A stretch of DNA of 64,000 nucleotides, from contig JARDVH010000169.1 of assembly GCA_030324005.1 (NCBI GenBank), positions 24,336,284 through 24,400,283 on the forward strand. The letters are read 5' to 3'. Each line of letters begins with the position of its first letter. The first letter of the stretch is position 1. Source of the DNA: Negaprion brevirostris. Lineage: Eukaryota. A program made the position numbers and the translations under genes. Shown one piece after another: positions 13,505 through 27,159 of the stretch. The notes beneath the pieces are model-generated. The model ran no database searches. It was not told where the DNA came from and worked only from the letters and a program-made list of their open reading frames with translations.

Positions 13505-15328
13505 CTGCGAAGGAGGAAGCAGGAGAGAGTGAGGCCACAAGGTACAGTGCTCAAGATGTCTGAAGAATGTTAATACCAAACCCAGCCATTAGACAGGAGA
13601 GAAAGTCAATCCCCACTTCAAGAAATTTCAAATCTCACTGGAGACTTAGAAGGAAGTCAACTCTGCAGCATTAACTTGCAGCACCTAGTCACTGTCAAAC
13701 CTAACTAAGAAAATCTACCCACAATTAGAGACCATCTAATGACCCACTCATTGTGAACACTTCAAATGCTGGCATTAAAGCCCTAGAAACTCAACACTTT
13801 TAACAATGTCACTCACAACAGTTCATATTCGGTTTAAAATTTTCCAAGAGAAAGTATCCTTTTTGATGGCCTACTGAGGCTGAAATGCACTAACAAATAA
13901 AACTACTGCCTCTGAACCAAAAAAAATCCCTTCCTAAACCATGTTTAGAGGAAACATGCTAGAAATATTAATGGTGATCTATCTTTGAAGAGAAAATTTA
14001 GGAAATACCATTGCAAAAATGNNNNNNNNNNNNNNNNNNNNNNNNNNNNNNNNNNNNNNNNNNNNNNNNNNNNNNNNNNNNNNNNNNNNNNNNNNNNNNN
14101 NNNNNNNNNNNNNNNNNNNNNNNNNNNNNNNNNNNNNNNNNNNNNNNNNNNNNNNNNNNNNNNNNNNNNNNNNNNNNNNNNNNNNNNNNNNNNNNNNNNN
14201 NNNNNNNNNNNNNNNNNNNNNNNNNNNNNNNNNNNNNNNNNNNNNNNNNNNNNNNNNNNNNNNNNNNNNNNNNNNNNNNNNNNNNNNNNNNNNNNNNNNN
14301 NNNNNNNNNNNNNNNNNNNNNNNNNNNNNNNNNNNNNNNNNNNNNNNNNNNNNNNNNNNNNNNNNNNNNNNNNNNNNNNNNNNNNNNNNNNNNNNNNNNN
14401 NNNNNNNNNNGATGTGGTGAAGTGGAATGAAAGTTTGCAGCAAAACCCCTCCTTTACTTCGACTCAGTACCATCAGAAAAAGTTCTAGCAATTGATTGCT
14501 GCTCAGTAGAATCACTTGGTTAAACAGGATACACAGGATCCAAACCATTCTTGTTGTGGTGTGGGGTAGGGTTGGAACAAGCCCATTCAACAAAAGTAAT
14601 ATTCAACTGGAAAAGGTTGGGCTCCACCATATTTAAAACCAGGATTGGGGGTGGGGGGGGGTCAGGCGGGCTGGAGGTGGTTGGGGCGGGAGGGAGGGGG
14701 GCATTTGTGAACCACCTTGTTTTACTTTTACATGTTCAGTGTAAAAGACCGCGGAAAGAACTTGGCAAGGTGACCCTTTGCAACCATCTGGCGCCCCTGT
14801 CTACCAGTGAGTGACAAAACAATGGGATGCTTGTGGCAACTTTAACAACATCAAATGCTAGTTAGTAGTTGCCCTTGTATTTCATTTGTGTGAAATAACA
14901 GTGAAATAAGCACAGACAAAAGCAGACCAGATTTGTATGGAGAGAGAAAAAAAACAAGGCAGATGAAAAATGTCAGTGCAATAGAGAAACATTCCAAGCC
15001 ACATTACACACTCAGAAGCACAATCAGACAGGAATATTTGCAGAGAGTTAGTTAAAAGGAGTCTGGATGGCAAATTCACTAAGTTAATCTCTATTGTTTC
15101 CCTTGGGATCATCAGCAGTGATTTGATCTTTGCTGCATCTCACCTTGTCCCGTTAATAGAATTCCTATCTGTGCTCCCTAACTCTGTCACAAGTTAGCAC
15201 GCTGGAACACTGTCGCAAACACAGGATCCTGACACTCGACATCTCTTAGGCTGAATGTATCCCGAGTGCAAATGCAAAGGTCATTGTTTGACACAAAGGG
15301 AGAGACGCACACAAATGGCATCACTTAC

Positions 15329-15492
15329 CTGATCAGGCATGGAGTGGCTGAGAGGCTTGTCAGGAGTCATAAGGCTGTTGGGCATGTCTGGAGGGTGCGA
15401 CAACTGGGGCCCATGCATGAAGTCGTTCACTGAAGTACCGGCAGGGTTGCCATGTGGGAAATCGAAGTTCCCATGGCTGGGGTAAGTGTTAC
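15329..15492 (-). CDS. ZMIZ2: ZMIZ exon P (164 nt): [17 protein letters not shown]...LSHSMPDQ
   Basis: Within ORF 15281..15526. Atypical acceptor cccaaaag, donor gtaagt; phases fit both neighbours. Confidence 0.9.
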
Positions 15493-16159
15493 CTTTTGGG
15501 AGGATTATGACAGTGTTATTAAACAAGTCTGCCTTCTCAAAACAATCTGCATCCTGCTCAGGACTGAAGCTGGTTCAGAGAAATTGCTGCATCCTAAACA
15601 ACAAGTCAGCTCCCACAAAATGGAGTATTAACTTGCCCTGTGCTCTCGGGTAGTTATTGTGTTAATAACTGCAAAATTGAACACTTCAGGAGGGCATTGA
15701 AATTCATGGGATAAATGTTGCATATTTCAATTCACAATCGTCAACTCAGGGCAAATTTTAAGAAAAAAATCACCATACTCATTCTTTGATATCTCCCAAT
15801 AATATATTCACAGTAAGACATGCCAGAACCTATTCTCACTTCCTTTCAATTCATAACTCTGATCAGTGAATGACTGCTGAACATTTTGCAATAAGGATGT
15901 TATCTCTGTTAATATTTCACTTTCTGGATGTTCTATAGTTCTTGACACCACAACGTAACGTAGCTACCTCATATTTGGCAGCAGAATGCTCTGGTTTCAG
16001 CTCTGCAGCTTGGTGTTTCTTTTCTCATGTAGATACTATTTGTTAGGCAATAACAATTAGTCCAGTGACTAAATGCAATATCTTGCAGTGCATCCGCGAC
16101 AGACCAGTATGACTTGGGTTCAATCTCCAGCTTTCATTCAGTTAAGTGCAACTTAATTT

Positions 16160-16660
16160 TTAAATTCTTTTCATGGGACGTGGTCATCACTGGCTAGGTC
16201 AGCACTTGTTGCCTAGCTCTTAATTGCCCTGGAGAAAGTGAGATGTTTTCTTGAACCACTACAGTCCATATGTTGTAGGTGCACCCACTGTAAGGAAGGG
16301 AGTGTTAGGTCTTTGCCCCAGTAACAGTGAACGAATAGCAATATGTTTCCAAGTCAGGATGGAGAGTAACTTGAGAGGGGAACTTGTGGGTGACAGTNNN
16401 NNNNNNNATGCATCTGCTGACCATGTCCTTCCAGGGGTTGGAAGGTACTGTTGAAGGAGCCTTGGTGAGTTGCTCCAGTGCATCTTGCATATGCTACACA
16501 CACTGTTGCCACTGTGTATTGGTGGAGGAGGGACTGGATGTTGAAGGTGGTGAATGGGGCGCCAATCAAGTTTGTCCTGAATGGGTCAATCTTCTTCAGT
16601 AATGTCGGAACTTCACTCTCCAGGCAAATGGAGAGTATTCCATCACACTCCTGAATTAAG
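16160..16660 (-). mobile_element. Shark LINE 3' fragment (related pieces at about 3800-4020, 36870-37016 and 37820-38460)
   Basis: Shared segments such as ttccaagtcaggatgg and ggagagtattccatcacactcctga recur among these loci. The tail matches that of the SINE family at 57460. Confidence 0.65.
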
Positions 16661-17853
16661 GCAGGAGTAGGGGTTCTACACGTGGTCTTGATGTCCTTAA
16701 ACCAGTGAATTAAAGTTCATTTATTAGTGTCATGAGTAGGCTCACATTAACAATGCAATGAAGTTGCAGTGAAAATCCCCTAGTTGCCACACTCTGGCAC
16801 CTGGTTGGGTACACTGCAGGTCAGGTAGTATTGGCAGGGATGAGTTCCCTGTTGACTTTTCGGATGGCAGGAAGGGAAAGCCCACTATCTTAAAAATCCT
16901 GGCTGTAGAAAAGCAAGAAGTGGGTAAGGGCCACACGAACCATCAAGTCTTCTCAATTCACAAGTCATGTGCAACAAGTCCCACTGGGGCACTCCTACCC
17001 ATCCACCTACCCATTTAAGTGTCTAATGCACAGCTTTGCATTAAACTTACCAGTCCCCATCCTCACTCCCTCTCACCCTCACCTCCCAAATCAAGCAAAA
17101 TTGCAAAGTATTCAGCCATTCTCGCAGTACTATTTGATTCTTGCTTGTTACTCTCCAGATGGAACTCCCGCCCACAGCAGAGTAATCCTATTCTAACGAA
17201 CACTTCTGATCCTTTCAATCTATAACCATCCCTGTAACCCAATCCCATTTGCAAACAGATATCTATTTCTCCAGTTCTGTTTTAGAGGGAGTCTCAGTTT
17301 CAACTATTTTTACCTCGGAGTTTTAACTATGAGTAGGTCACCACCTACTTACAAAGTCGGGCGCTACAAACGTGGGCGAGATTCCTCCTCACTTGACACT
17401 GCACCTTTACATGACTTTTTTTATGGTCACTTGAAACCTAGCCAAAGGAATATCTACAGGAACTAGTGAATCTGTACATTTGGGATCTAGTTCTGAATTA
17501 AGGTCCACGCCCTTTGCACTGCCTATAACTATCTCAAACTCAGCTAGAAAATTACTGCTGCTCTTCAATGGGCCAGGTTACAAGATCGATCTCTGCATCT
17601 GGTACAGTGGGACTTGGAATGCAAGATTCCAACAAGCAAAATACACTCACACTAATGTTTTTGACACATACAAAAAACACATATTAACCTGCAGAATGAA
17701 AAATAATAATTCCGTACAAATACCACAGTTGAGAAACTTAAATAAATATCTTGACAACAGCTTTGTTTCAGTACCCCAGCAAGCTGGATAAATGCAATGT
17801 TAATGATATGTATGGATGGAGAAGGAGAATTTTAAATTCATGGTGAAACTTAC

Positions 17854-18101
17854 CTGGGTTGCCATATTCATTGCCATTGCTGCCTCCTGGTGGAGGAGGT
17901 AGGGAAGGGTACGGTGACGGACCTGGTCCCAGAGCTGCAATCATCTCCATGACATTTGGCATAATCATCTGGCTGGGGCTCATGGTTTTAAACCTCTTGG
18001 ACAGAGGCCCATCGGGGTCATCTTTGATGTGAATGTCAGACTTCAGTGGAACTGGTCTCCAACTGCAGGTCGGGTCAATGGTGACCTCTTCAAACTCAGA
18101 G
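17854..18101 (-). CDS. ZMIZ2: ZMIZ exon O (248 nt): [61 protein letters not shown]...EYGNP
   Basis: Overlaps ORF 17768..17983. Acceptor ctccag, donor gtaagt. Confidence 0.96.
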
Positions 18102-18539
18102 CTGGAGTGATACAGAGAAGATTTAATAAATAAAAAAGCTGCCCCAAAACCTTACTATTAAAAGTCATTTCTTATTTCCTGCAGATAGCTACTAATTACA
18201 AAAAAAAGTCTTGTGTCATGTACCAGCTTAACTTCATACTTTTGATTGCAAATTGATCTTCTGAAAGGATAGCCAGTTTGTGCAGGATTTTTCTGACCTG
18301 GAACCAGGAAACTTCTGATACTACTGGCTTCTAATTGGCTTTTGGAGAGTACACTATTTTAGATTACATTGTCATTGGGTGTATTTGCAGGATAACCCAG
18401 GTTACAAAAAGCTCCAATTCTGAATTTCAATATTCCAAATGTAGTCTAGATTGCCCACGACCCATGGTAGCTTCTCACGCAAACATAATTTAAATAGATG
18501 GGAAGATTGTCTATGGGAACTGGCATACGAAAAATGTGA

Positions 18540-19055
18540 TTTGTATTTGAGAGGAAAGGCATTTAAATAGCACTTTTCACAATCTCAGGACACTGCACAG
18601 TCAGTGAAGTAATGCAAGCTGCCACTTTGTGCAACAGCAAGATTCCATGAACAACAAGATAAGCTGCCTGTTAATCATCTTTTTAGACATGTTGTTTGAG
18701 AGATAATTGTTGGCCAACAATCGGGAAAAGACCCTTTGAACTCTTTAGGCCATGGGATTTTTGTGGCCTCCTGAAGAAGGTATGTGGGGCCTTGGTTAAA
18801 TATCTCATCCAAAACTATGNNNNNNNNNNNNNNNNNNNNNNNNNNNNNNNNNNNNNNNNNNNNNNNNNNNNNNNNNNNNNNNNNNNNNNNNNNNNNNNNN
18901 NNNNNNNNNNNNNNNNNNNCACCTCTGACAGTGCAACCGACGTTTCCTCAGTACTGCGGTGAGGTGTCAGCTGGATTATGTACTGAGGTCTCCAGAGCGG
19001 GCCTTGAACTCATTGCCCTCTAACTCAAAGGCCAAAGTGTTACCACTGAGCAAGG
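18540..19055 (-). mobile_element. DeuSINE (SacSINE1-like), interrupted by an assembly gap
   Basis: Reverse-complement similarity to 28930-29410, with a tRNA-like head at about 18990-19055. Confidence 0.6.
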
Positions 19056-19819
19056 ATGGATAATGAATTTCCAATAAGTTAACAATTAATAGTCTGAATA
19101 CTGCTCAAATAATGCTCTTGAAAATGGTCAATGTCTAGGCAGCAGAGGAACATTTCATCAATATAACCCTGGTTATGAGGCAGAATATTTTAGGACCATC
19201 AGCTTAGTGTCTCTTTAATTGACTGCCTTATTTAAAGAAAGGACCATTCCATACCAAATGGTGAAGGCCTGGCTAGACAGTGTAGACTTCAGTTAAGTAG
19301 ATGAATACCAGTGCTATTTGATATCAGATATTGGATTCACATCAAACAGTATTCACTTTTATTTTGCTGTGCTAGTCTAATTATTCATATCTAAACAAAC
19401 ATAGCTCCCACCAAACTCAGCACACGCAATAGGTCAATCTCGGTTAGTAAGTAATAATCCATTAATCAGTGATTGCCCCATAACCTTGATGGTGTGTAAT
19501 GCTTGAAAGAACTGTGACATACCAAATGCATTTCTTACGGAGGACTTCACAGTCCAATCTGTAGGTTCAAACCTTCTTTGCTAACAGTGGTCAACTAACC
19601 ATCTGAGAACTCATCATGGTAGATGCTATTGCCATTTCTGAAGATGGAAGTTAAAAGGAACTCCCATCATATGAGTGTAGACTGCCTAAGCAGACTAGGC
19701 AGCCTTCCCGAAATCCAACTTGCACCAGAAACTTTGGCCTGGATATCTGTTTAAGCATTCATACTTGATTTGTATTTTACTACTAACATACAAAAGGAAA
19801 AAGCCTTCAGGAAACCTAC

Positions 19820-19888
19820 TTTTGAATATTGGATAGGATGCTCCACATGTACTGGTCAACTTCAAGGCCTTCCAGGAGTGCTGTTTTA
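19820..19888 (-). CDS. ZMIZ2: ZMIZ exon N (69 nt): NKTALLEGLEVDQYMWSILSNIQ
   Basis: Read by hand. Acceptor tggcag, donor gtaggt, phase 2/2. Confidence 0.94.
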
Positions 19889-20569
19889 CTGCCATTGAAT
19901 AAAAAGAATATTATCAAGAACACTTTTTTAAACAAAAATAGAAGCAAATATAATTTCAGAAAAAAGTGCAACAATCACTAAATTTCTTTGGAAATAGTAC
20001 TTGGAGGGGCTTTGATGGGGTAAACAGAAAGAAATTGTTTCTGTTCACAGATGGGTTGGTAACCAAAGCACATAGGGCTCTAGGTCTGGATGTAGAAGTC
20101 ACTGGAATGAAATTTGTGGTTCACCAAAGACCCAACATCTGGAGAAGTAAACATGAAGAATACTTTCAAAATCCACACAGGTTTGGCCCCAATTGCAGAA
20201 CCAAGGGGATAGAACAAGGGAAAGGATAAGGATCCCCTGCAATATGGAGCTTCCATTTTTCTTCAATTAACTAAGATATTAGTATTTATATGGCATTTTA
20301 TTTTGCCCCTCAGCAACTTACTTGACTGTTACGTAGAAAAACAGATCAAGCTATGGCAAGATAAATAACTACTTCATCTGCTCTTAGTAGTGTTGATGGG
20401 AAAATGGTAGGCCTGGAGATTTGGGCAAATTCATTGTTTTGTTTTTGAACTGCAGACACACGACATTGAGTCAATACGCCATCCCATCTCATAAACAAAT
20501 GCAGCTTCCTAGGGGAGTATTGAAAATCGGGAATTGAAAAGCAAACACAGTAATAATAACCATGGGGCT

Positions 20570-20790
20570 ACCATCAATTGTTGTTAAAAACCCATCTGGT
20601 TGACGAATGCCCTTTAGGAAAAGAAATCTGTCACCCTTACCTGGTCTGGCCTACATTTGACTCCACACCCACAGCGATGTGGTTGACTCTTAACTGCCCT
20701 CTGAAATGGCTAAGCAAGCCACTCAGTTCAAGGGCAATCAGGGATGGGCAACAAATGTATGTTTTGTCCCAGGTCTGTCATATGAAGAGA
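20570..20790 (+). mobile_element. tRNA-derived SINE (family B), 3' half
   Basis: ccttacctggtctggcctaca...agggcaatcagggatgggcaa is shared with the copies at 52670, 57460 and 62765. Confidence 0.75.
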
Positions 20791-20794
20791 GACT

Positions 20795-21230
20795 AAGTCA
20801 GTTAGGATTATATTCACTAGAGTCTAGATGAGTGAGAGGGGATCTCATAGAAACTTATAAAACTTTAACAGGGTTCGAAAGGGTAGTTTGAGAAAGAATC
20901 TTCTCAATGGTGGGGGTGTCCAGAATTAGGGGTTATAGTTTGAGGATAAGGGGTAAACATTTAAAAGTGGTGAGGAGAAATTTCTTCATCCAGAGGGTGG
21001 TGGATGTGTGGAATTCACTATCGCAGAATGTAATTGAGGCCAAAACATTGTCTGATTTCAAGAAGAAATTAGATGTAGCTCTTGGGGCTAAACAGATCAA
21101 GGGATATGGGAGGAAGGTGCGGGGGGAGGAAATAAGGATTTTGAATTTGATGATCAGCCATGATCAAGATGAATGGCACAGTAGACTTGAAGGGTCAAAT
21201 GGCCTACACCTGCTTCTAGTTTCTATGCAA
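20795..21230 (+). mobile_element. CR1 LINE 3' end
   Basis: ORF 20907..21329 (SRIRGYSLRIRG...RRNFFIQRVVDVWNSL) is the CR1 ORF2 C-terminus. Confidence 0.9.
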
Positions 21231-21360
21231 CCACAAGTTGTTAAGCCTTACATATTTAAAAGGAAGCAGTATTTAATAAAAATTCATCTTAAAGCACCAA
21301 TCAAACATCAAGGCAGCAAAGATGCATAATTCTCTCGCACCAGCTGAATTGCTTTACTTA

Positions 21361-21474
<114 letters not shown>

Positions 21475-21729
21475 TTACACACAGTCTTTGTAACAGTAAT
21501 CAAGATTTGACTGCCAGCAGATTTAATAGACCAGTTTCCTCATGGAGTTGGTCAGCTTTCCAGTTTTAGGTTTAAGCTGATAAATCTCTCTTTAAAACTC
21601 AATTTTGCACTAAATTAATAACCACTTTAGTACCAAATGGGTCCTATTAAAAATTAAATTCCTGGCCATAGTTTGTTTTAATACTAAACCATCATAGATG
21701 TTGAAAGACAAGATGGAGGAATTACTTAC

Positions 21730-21890
21730 TTGTACGTGCTTACAGTCATGGCCTCTTGCTGGTAGCTGGATCCGCCTGAATGTGATTGGACACTTCAGGG
21801 ACACTTTGATTGCCGTCTGCTCCACTCCATCTTCTCCATTTAACGTAGCCCCACCTGAAGAAGCTGCCACACTGCTGAAGTTCCTTTTAA
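21730..21890 (-). CDS. ZMIZ2: ZMIZ exon L (161 nt), start of SP-RING/MIZ finger: [14 protein letters not shown]...[26 protein letters not shown]
   Basis: Within ORF 21610..21942. Acceptor ctccag, donor gtaagt. Confidence 0.97.
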
Positions 21891-23269
21891 CTGGAGACAA
21901 GATGGAATTTATCAGCAACACCACCATCAGGGACACAGACACAACCTTCTCTCAAATCAAACTGCCTTCTATTCCTGACAACTGATCAACTGATCCTCTG
22001 GCAGAATTCTTCATAATTCCAGTCACCACTGGAACCAGTACCCGAAACTTCACTAATGATTTCTCATTTGAGTACGACTGTTTTTTAAGACAATATTGGT
22101 AGAACAACTGAAGACCCCCTCTGGATGGCTGGCTGCATCACCATTGTTGGTCTTTGAGTGTTTATTCTCTGGGAGTTTCCCAAGAGGCTGAGAAAATCCC
22201 CAAAGAATCTCAAACTCTCAGTTTCTGTCTCGGAGCTGGACATAACAGGAAGCCCCCAGTTCTAATATGGACTTTTGGTTAAACACAAGAAACAACTGTG
22301 TGAAGATCCCTCATCCTGACAGCACAGTATATGTGCGAGTACCAGATGAGGACTGAGATGTAACACTCCACAGTAAAGACTTAATACTTAATAGATTCCA
22401 TCAAGCCATAGATTAGCTTGACCAGTCAATGCCTTCAGGAGAGGGGGTGGGAGTGGAAATAATCTATTTGTAAATAAACTGTTTCAATTGGTTTCTGACT
22501 GATGGCTTACTCCTTGCTCATTCTGGAGCACCCATCTAAAGGCAGATGAAAATGTGCTGCCCTTATCTTTGACCAATTCAGATGGTACATATTTTTCACA
22601 AAGTACCAGTGCTAAGAAAAAGGTCCTCTGTCGGCTTCTTTCCAAACTTCTCCCTTCTTGAAGGCACTGACTCATCCAGCTGTATAATAATAATAATGCC
22701 CTCCACACCCCTCCTGCAAATAGACGTACCAGGCTCTTTATCAGACATCCCAAAATCTGGAAATAACTGAAAACCGGCTACGTTTGAAGCTGGCCCCTTG
22801 GGAATAAAAACCTTCTAGATGTCCTTCATAAATCTTTTGTACGTGCTAGCCCTAGTGCTCAAAATCCATAAAAGCCTCAAATCTGGCTTACATCCAGTCC
22901 CAAGTTTCCTGATAGAGTTGGGTACCTATATCTCATCCAAAGTGAGCTTTGTACACACAAAATTGTACGGTGAATTGTGAGCTGCAATCTTTCTCCAGTG
23001 AAAGCAAACTGAATTGGATTTACGGTCAACTGTAAATATTTGATCTCTGATTTCTTGCACACAAGCTGATAAGCTTATCCAATGACGTTATTGAAGCAGA
23101 GACTTTGATTTTTTCCCCCCACTCCTGCTTTGTGAAATGACTGAAGTGGTTTACTTTACTTGAGCATTAAAGCTGATGTTCCTCAAAAAAGTGCATAAAA
23201 CCGTGCTTTGCAAAGAATTCCTTTGTCTAACTTACCAGAAATGCTAACAGTTTGTTTGAAATATATCTG

Positions 23270-23480
23270 TGGGCAAGATTTTCTGACTTTTCACACCAGC
23301 AGGATTTTCCAGTCCTGCTGGCAGCACACACAGGTTGTGGGTATCCCAATGGAGTGAGGTGAATTCAATGGGAAACCACATTGACTAGAGGACCCCATCA
23401 CTAACTAATGGTGGCCAATAGTGGGCCACCTCATGCCGCTGAGAAACACACCTCGGAGAAGCCAGAGACTCTCACCCTGG
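23270..23480. mobile_element. MITE-like element (related copy at about 9600-9780)
   Basis: Imperfect terminal inverted repeats gggcaagattttctg...cagagactctcaccc. Confidence 0.45.
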
Positions 23481-23519
23481 AGGTTTAATGGACAGCAGCA
23501 AGGCTCCCACTAGGTTTCC

Positions 23520-23840
23520 CCTGGGATTCGATGGGGTAGATACTAGGAGAATGTTTCCTCTCACGGGAGAGTCTAGAACTAGGTGGGGTCACAGTTTAAG
23601 AACAAGTCAGGAGAATTTCGTTTCTCTCAGCAAGTGGTTGGTCTGTGGAAACCTCATCTCCAGAAAGCAGTGGAGGCTGGGTCCTGGAATTTATTCAAGG
23701 TTGTGTCTGATAAATTTGTGATTGACAATGGATTTAGGGGAGATGAACAAATGGATGAAGTTTAGACCACAGTCAGATAGCCCATGATCTTATTGAATGG
23801 TGAAATAGGCTCAAAGGGCCAAATTGCCTTCTCCTACGCT
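23520..23840 (+). mobile_element. CR1 LINE 3' end
   Basis: RMFPLTGESRTR and FSQQVVGLW motifs plus a CR1 tail. Confidence 0.85.
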
Positions 23841-23918
23841 CCCTAGCCAATTATCTCTCCTGTTATTTTTGGTGAAGCGATATTTGAAAGATCAAAAAGG
23901 CATACTGCAGCATAATTA

Positions 23919-24278
<360 letters not shown>

Positions 24279-24419
24279 TTATTCCCCAAGTAGCAAGTGA
24301 AATTGTTCATCTGCAGGAACGTATCACGTACAGTCCTTCGAAGATTGTAAACGTGCTGCAGATACATTAAATAACAACAAAGAAACAGTCCATTCTGAAA
24401 TAAAACAGAAGACAATTGT

Positions 24420-24549
24420 GGCCAGAATTCTTCGATCTCATTTGCCTCACGCCTGCTGCCAGTGAGAAGGGAGAATTTGGCGCTCAGCTCCATTCACTGC
24501 AGCAGGACCGGAGAATCCTGGCCGCGGGTGAGTTGGGAGAATTCCGGCC
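24420..24549. mobile_element. 130-bp MITE
   Basis: Terminal inverted repeats ggccagaattct / agaattccggcc with one mismatch. Confidence 0.6.
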
Positions 24550-25764
24550 TTGATCTTAAACATGTAGGATGTGTCCCTTATTTTGCATGCTATGCAAAAA
24601 TGATTTACTGATAGAAATGGACACTTCGCCAGACCACTTTCTCCTCAAGAAGCTTTTCTTTCAGCAAGAACTTTTGTGTGTTATTTCTTTCTCATGTACA
24701 AGGATACTCCACCTCACTGGGTAGGGTTGGGATTTATCACAATTATCAGTGTAATGAGCCATATGCTTTTGAACCAAAACTTAGAAGTTTTAATTACTTT
24801 ACGCAGGTGGACCTCAATTTTTTTTATTGATTGAAAGATTTAATAGCGTGCGTCAGGTTCTCAACATCAAGTATGGACATGGATGGACAATCATTTCACA
24901 TTGCTCTCTCCTGAAACAGGTGTATGCAAAGTACAAGTCCTATCATTCCTGCAAATTTCCCTTACCATCAGTGGCCAATTTCAGCTGAAGGGTCAGGTTA
25001 GGTTAGATATGGCAAAGTAATACTTTGTGCATAAAATGACACAGTGCTCCTTCCTTTAATCAGACAGCACATGACCTGATAAACCATGAGCAATGCCATG
25101 GGAAATCTGGGAGTAATTAATAAATCTTGTGTACAATACATTTCATAACTCAAATGTGTCTGCTGCACTACTTTCCCCAAGAAGCAAACCAGATAAAAGG
25201 CCCACAGCCTTTAATGTCTCCAAGTACAATCTATTAAAGTCTTTCCCAAACTGTTTTGCCTCAGACTCTCTTACAAGCTAAGCCAGAACTTTGTGCAAAA
25301 GTACATATTAAGACATGTGCAGAGCACAACTGCAAGCGTAACAGTGAGAAAATTCAACTTTCACTGAGCTTTGATCTTTGTTCACTATTAATACATTCTG
25401 CTGTCTTATCTTTATGCCACTATTGACACTCCTTCAGTCCATCACGCCACCATTAACACCCTATTTATCTTGTGTCCATCTCTGCTCAGCTCCCACCTTC
25501 CTTCTATTCTGCCCCACCGCCCCCAACAATATAATTCATTAGATTTTCCCTCTCTCCAATTCTGATAAGTGTGCAATGGACTTGAAATGTTAACTGTGTT
25601 TCACTCTCCACAGATGTCGCCAGACCCGCCGAGTTTATCTAACATTTTCTTCTTTTATTTGAGAAAATTCAGCTGCGGTTGAGCATATACTTGCACTACA
25701 CATAAATTTCCTTGGTCTTGTACAGCCATTCATCAACTCTTGTGACCAGCTGTGTCTGCAGTCA

Positions 25765-26062
25765 TTATAGAATCATGGAATCCTGCAGTGCAGAAAAAGG
25801 CCATTTGGCCCATTGAGTCTGCACCCACCACAATCCCACCCAGCTCCTAATGCCGTAACCCCATGTACTTATCCAGCTAGACCCCCTGACACTAAGGGGC
25901 AATTTAGCATGGCCTCTCCACCGAACCCACCATCTTTGGGCTCTGGGAGGAAATTGGAGCACCCAGAGGAAACCCACGCAGACATGGGGAGAATGTGCAG
26001 AGTCTGCACAGACAATGACCTAAGTCGGGAATCAAACCTGGGTCCCTGACGTTGTGAGACAG
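25765..26062 (-). mobile_element. HE1/V-SINE (tRNA-derived), CR1-type tail
   Basis: V-domain (ctccccatgtctgcgtgggtttcctct on the minus strand) and B-box region. Confidence 0.88.
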
Positions 26063-26435
26063 CATTTCTCTTCTTAAGGGTCATGGGTCTACGAAACTCT
26101 CTTCCCCAGAGAATGATGGAGGCAGGATCATTGAATATTTTTAAAGCAGAGGTTGTTGGATTTTTGATTAATAAGAGAGTCAAAGGATATCAGATTAGTC
26201 AGATTGATGGTGGAGCAGGCTCCAGGGGCCAAACTACTGCTGGCTCCAATTTCCTTCCACAGTCCAAAGATGTGCGGGTTAGGTTGAATGGCCATGATAA
26301 ATTGTCCTTTAGTGTCAAGGGGATTAGCAGGAAATATACGTGGGTTTATGGGGATAGGGCCTGGGTGGGATCATTGCAGGTGCAGGCTCAATAAGCCAAA
26401 TGGCTTCCTTCTGCGCTGCAGGGACTCTGTTATAA
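26063..26435 (+). mobile_element. CR1 3' fragment fused to the 3' half of an HE1/V-SINE
   Basis: ORF 26083..26394 runs from CR1-like LRNSLPQRMMEAGSLNIFK into SINE-derived PQSKDVRVR. Confidence 0.8.
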
Positions 26436-27159
26436 TGACTGTATTAATGGTGTATTTTAATCAATTCTGCTGGTTCAAAACAGGTTTAAACTGATGTTCC
26501 GAATTTTAAGGACAGCAGGAAAGAAGATTTTTTTTTAAAAGGGAATTTTCTTTATTTATCCCCATGGAAACCCACATCGAATTTTCTGCTTCTTTGAAAC
26601 GTATTTCGAATGAATCAGTATGAATGTGAAAGCTCCCCTGATTGAACATACTTCGTAATCTGCTGTGTTTAAACTGCATGAATAATGGATGGTTGGATGG
26701 CTTCAATCCTGTCACAATTTTCACACATGAAAGGAGGAACATACGATGTAATTTCTGTGTTTTTCTCAATTGTTTACACTGATTTTTACTTTTCCACCAG
26801 TTCTCTAAAATTGCTGAGTGGTTTTGGGGTAAATGGCTGTCATGGAAATTGGGCATAACAATGATGATAAATTTGGAAATAATTTGATTACACCCCCGCA
26901 TCCCCCAGCACTCACAGCAGGAAATCCCAGGCTGCTGTGCAAGAGGGAGCAGCATTTCATCACACTGCTATGCTAGGAAAAAAATAGCCTGTCAATTGGA
27001 GACCTGTCACTCATTCTGTTGAATCTACCGGCAGATGGCCAAGGCAGGCAGAGCTGGTGTCACTAGCTGTGCAAACAAGGCAGCAGGAAATTCTTTCTTA
27101 AGCAGCAGAATCATTAGCAATAGATAGAGAACTCCAACAAAACGTACATACATACAAAA

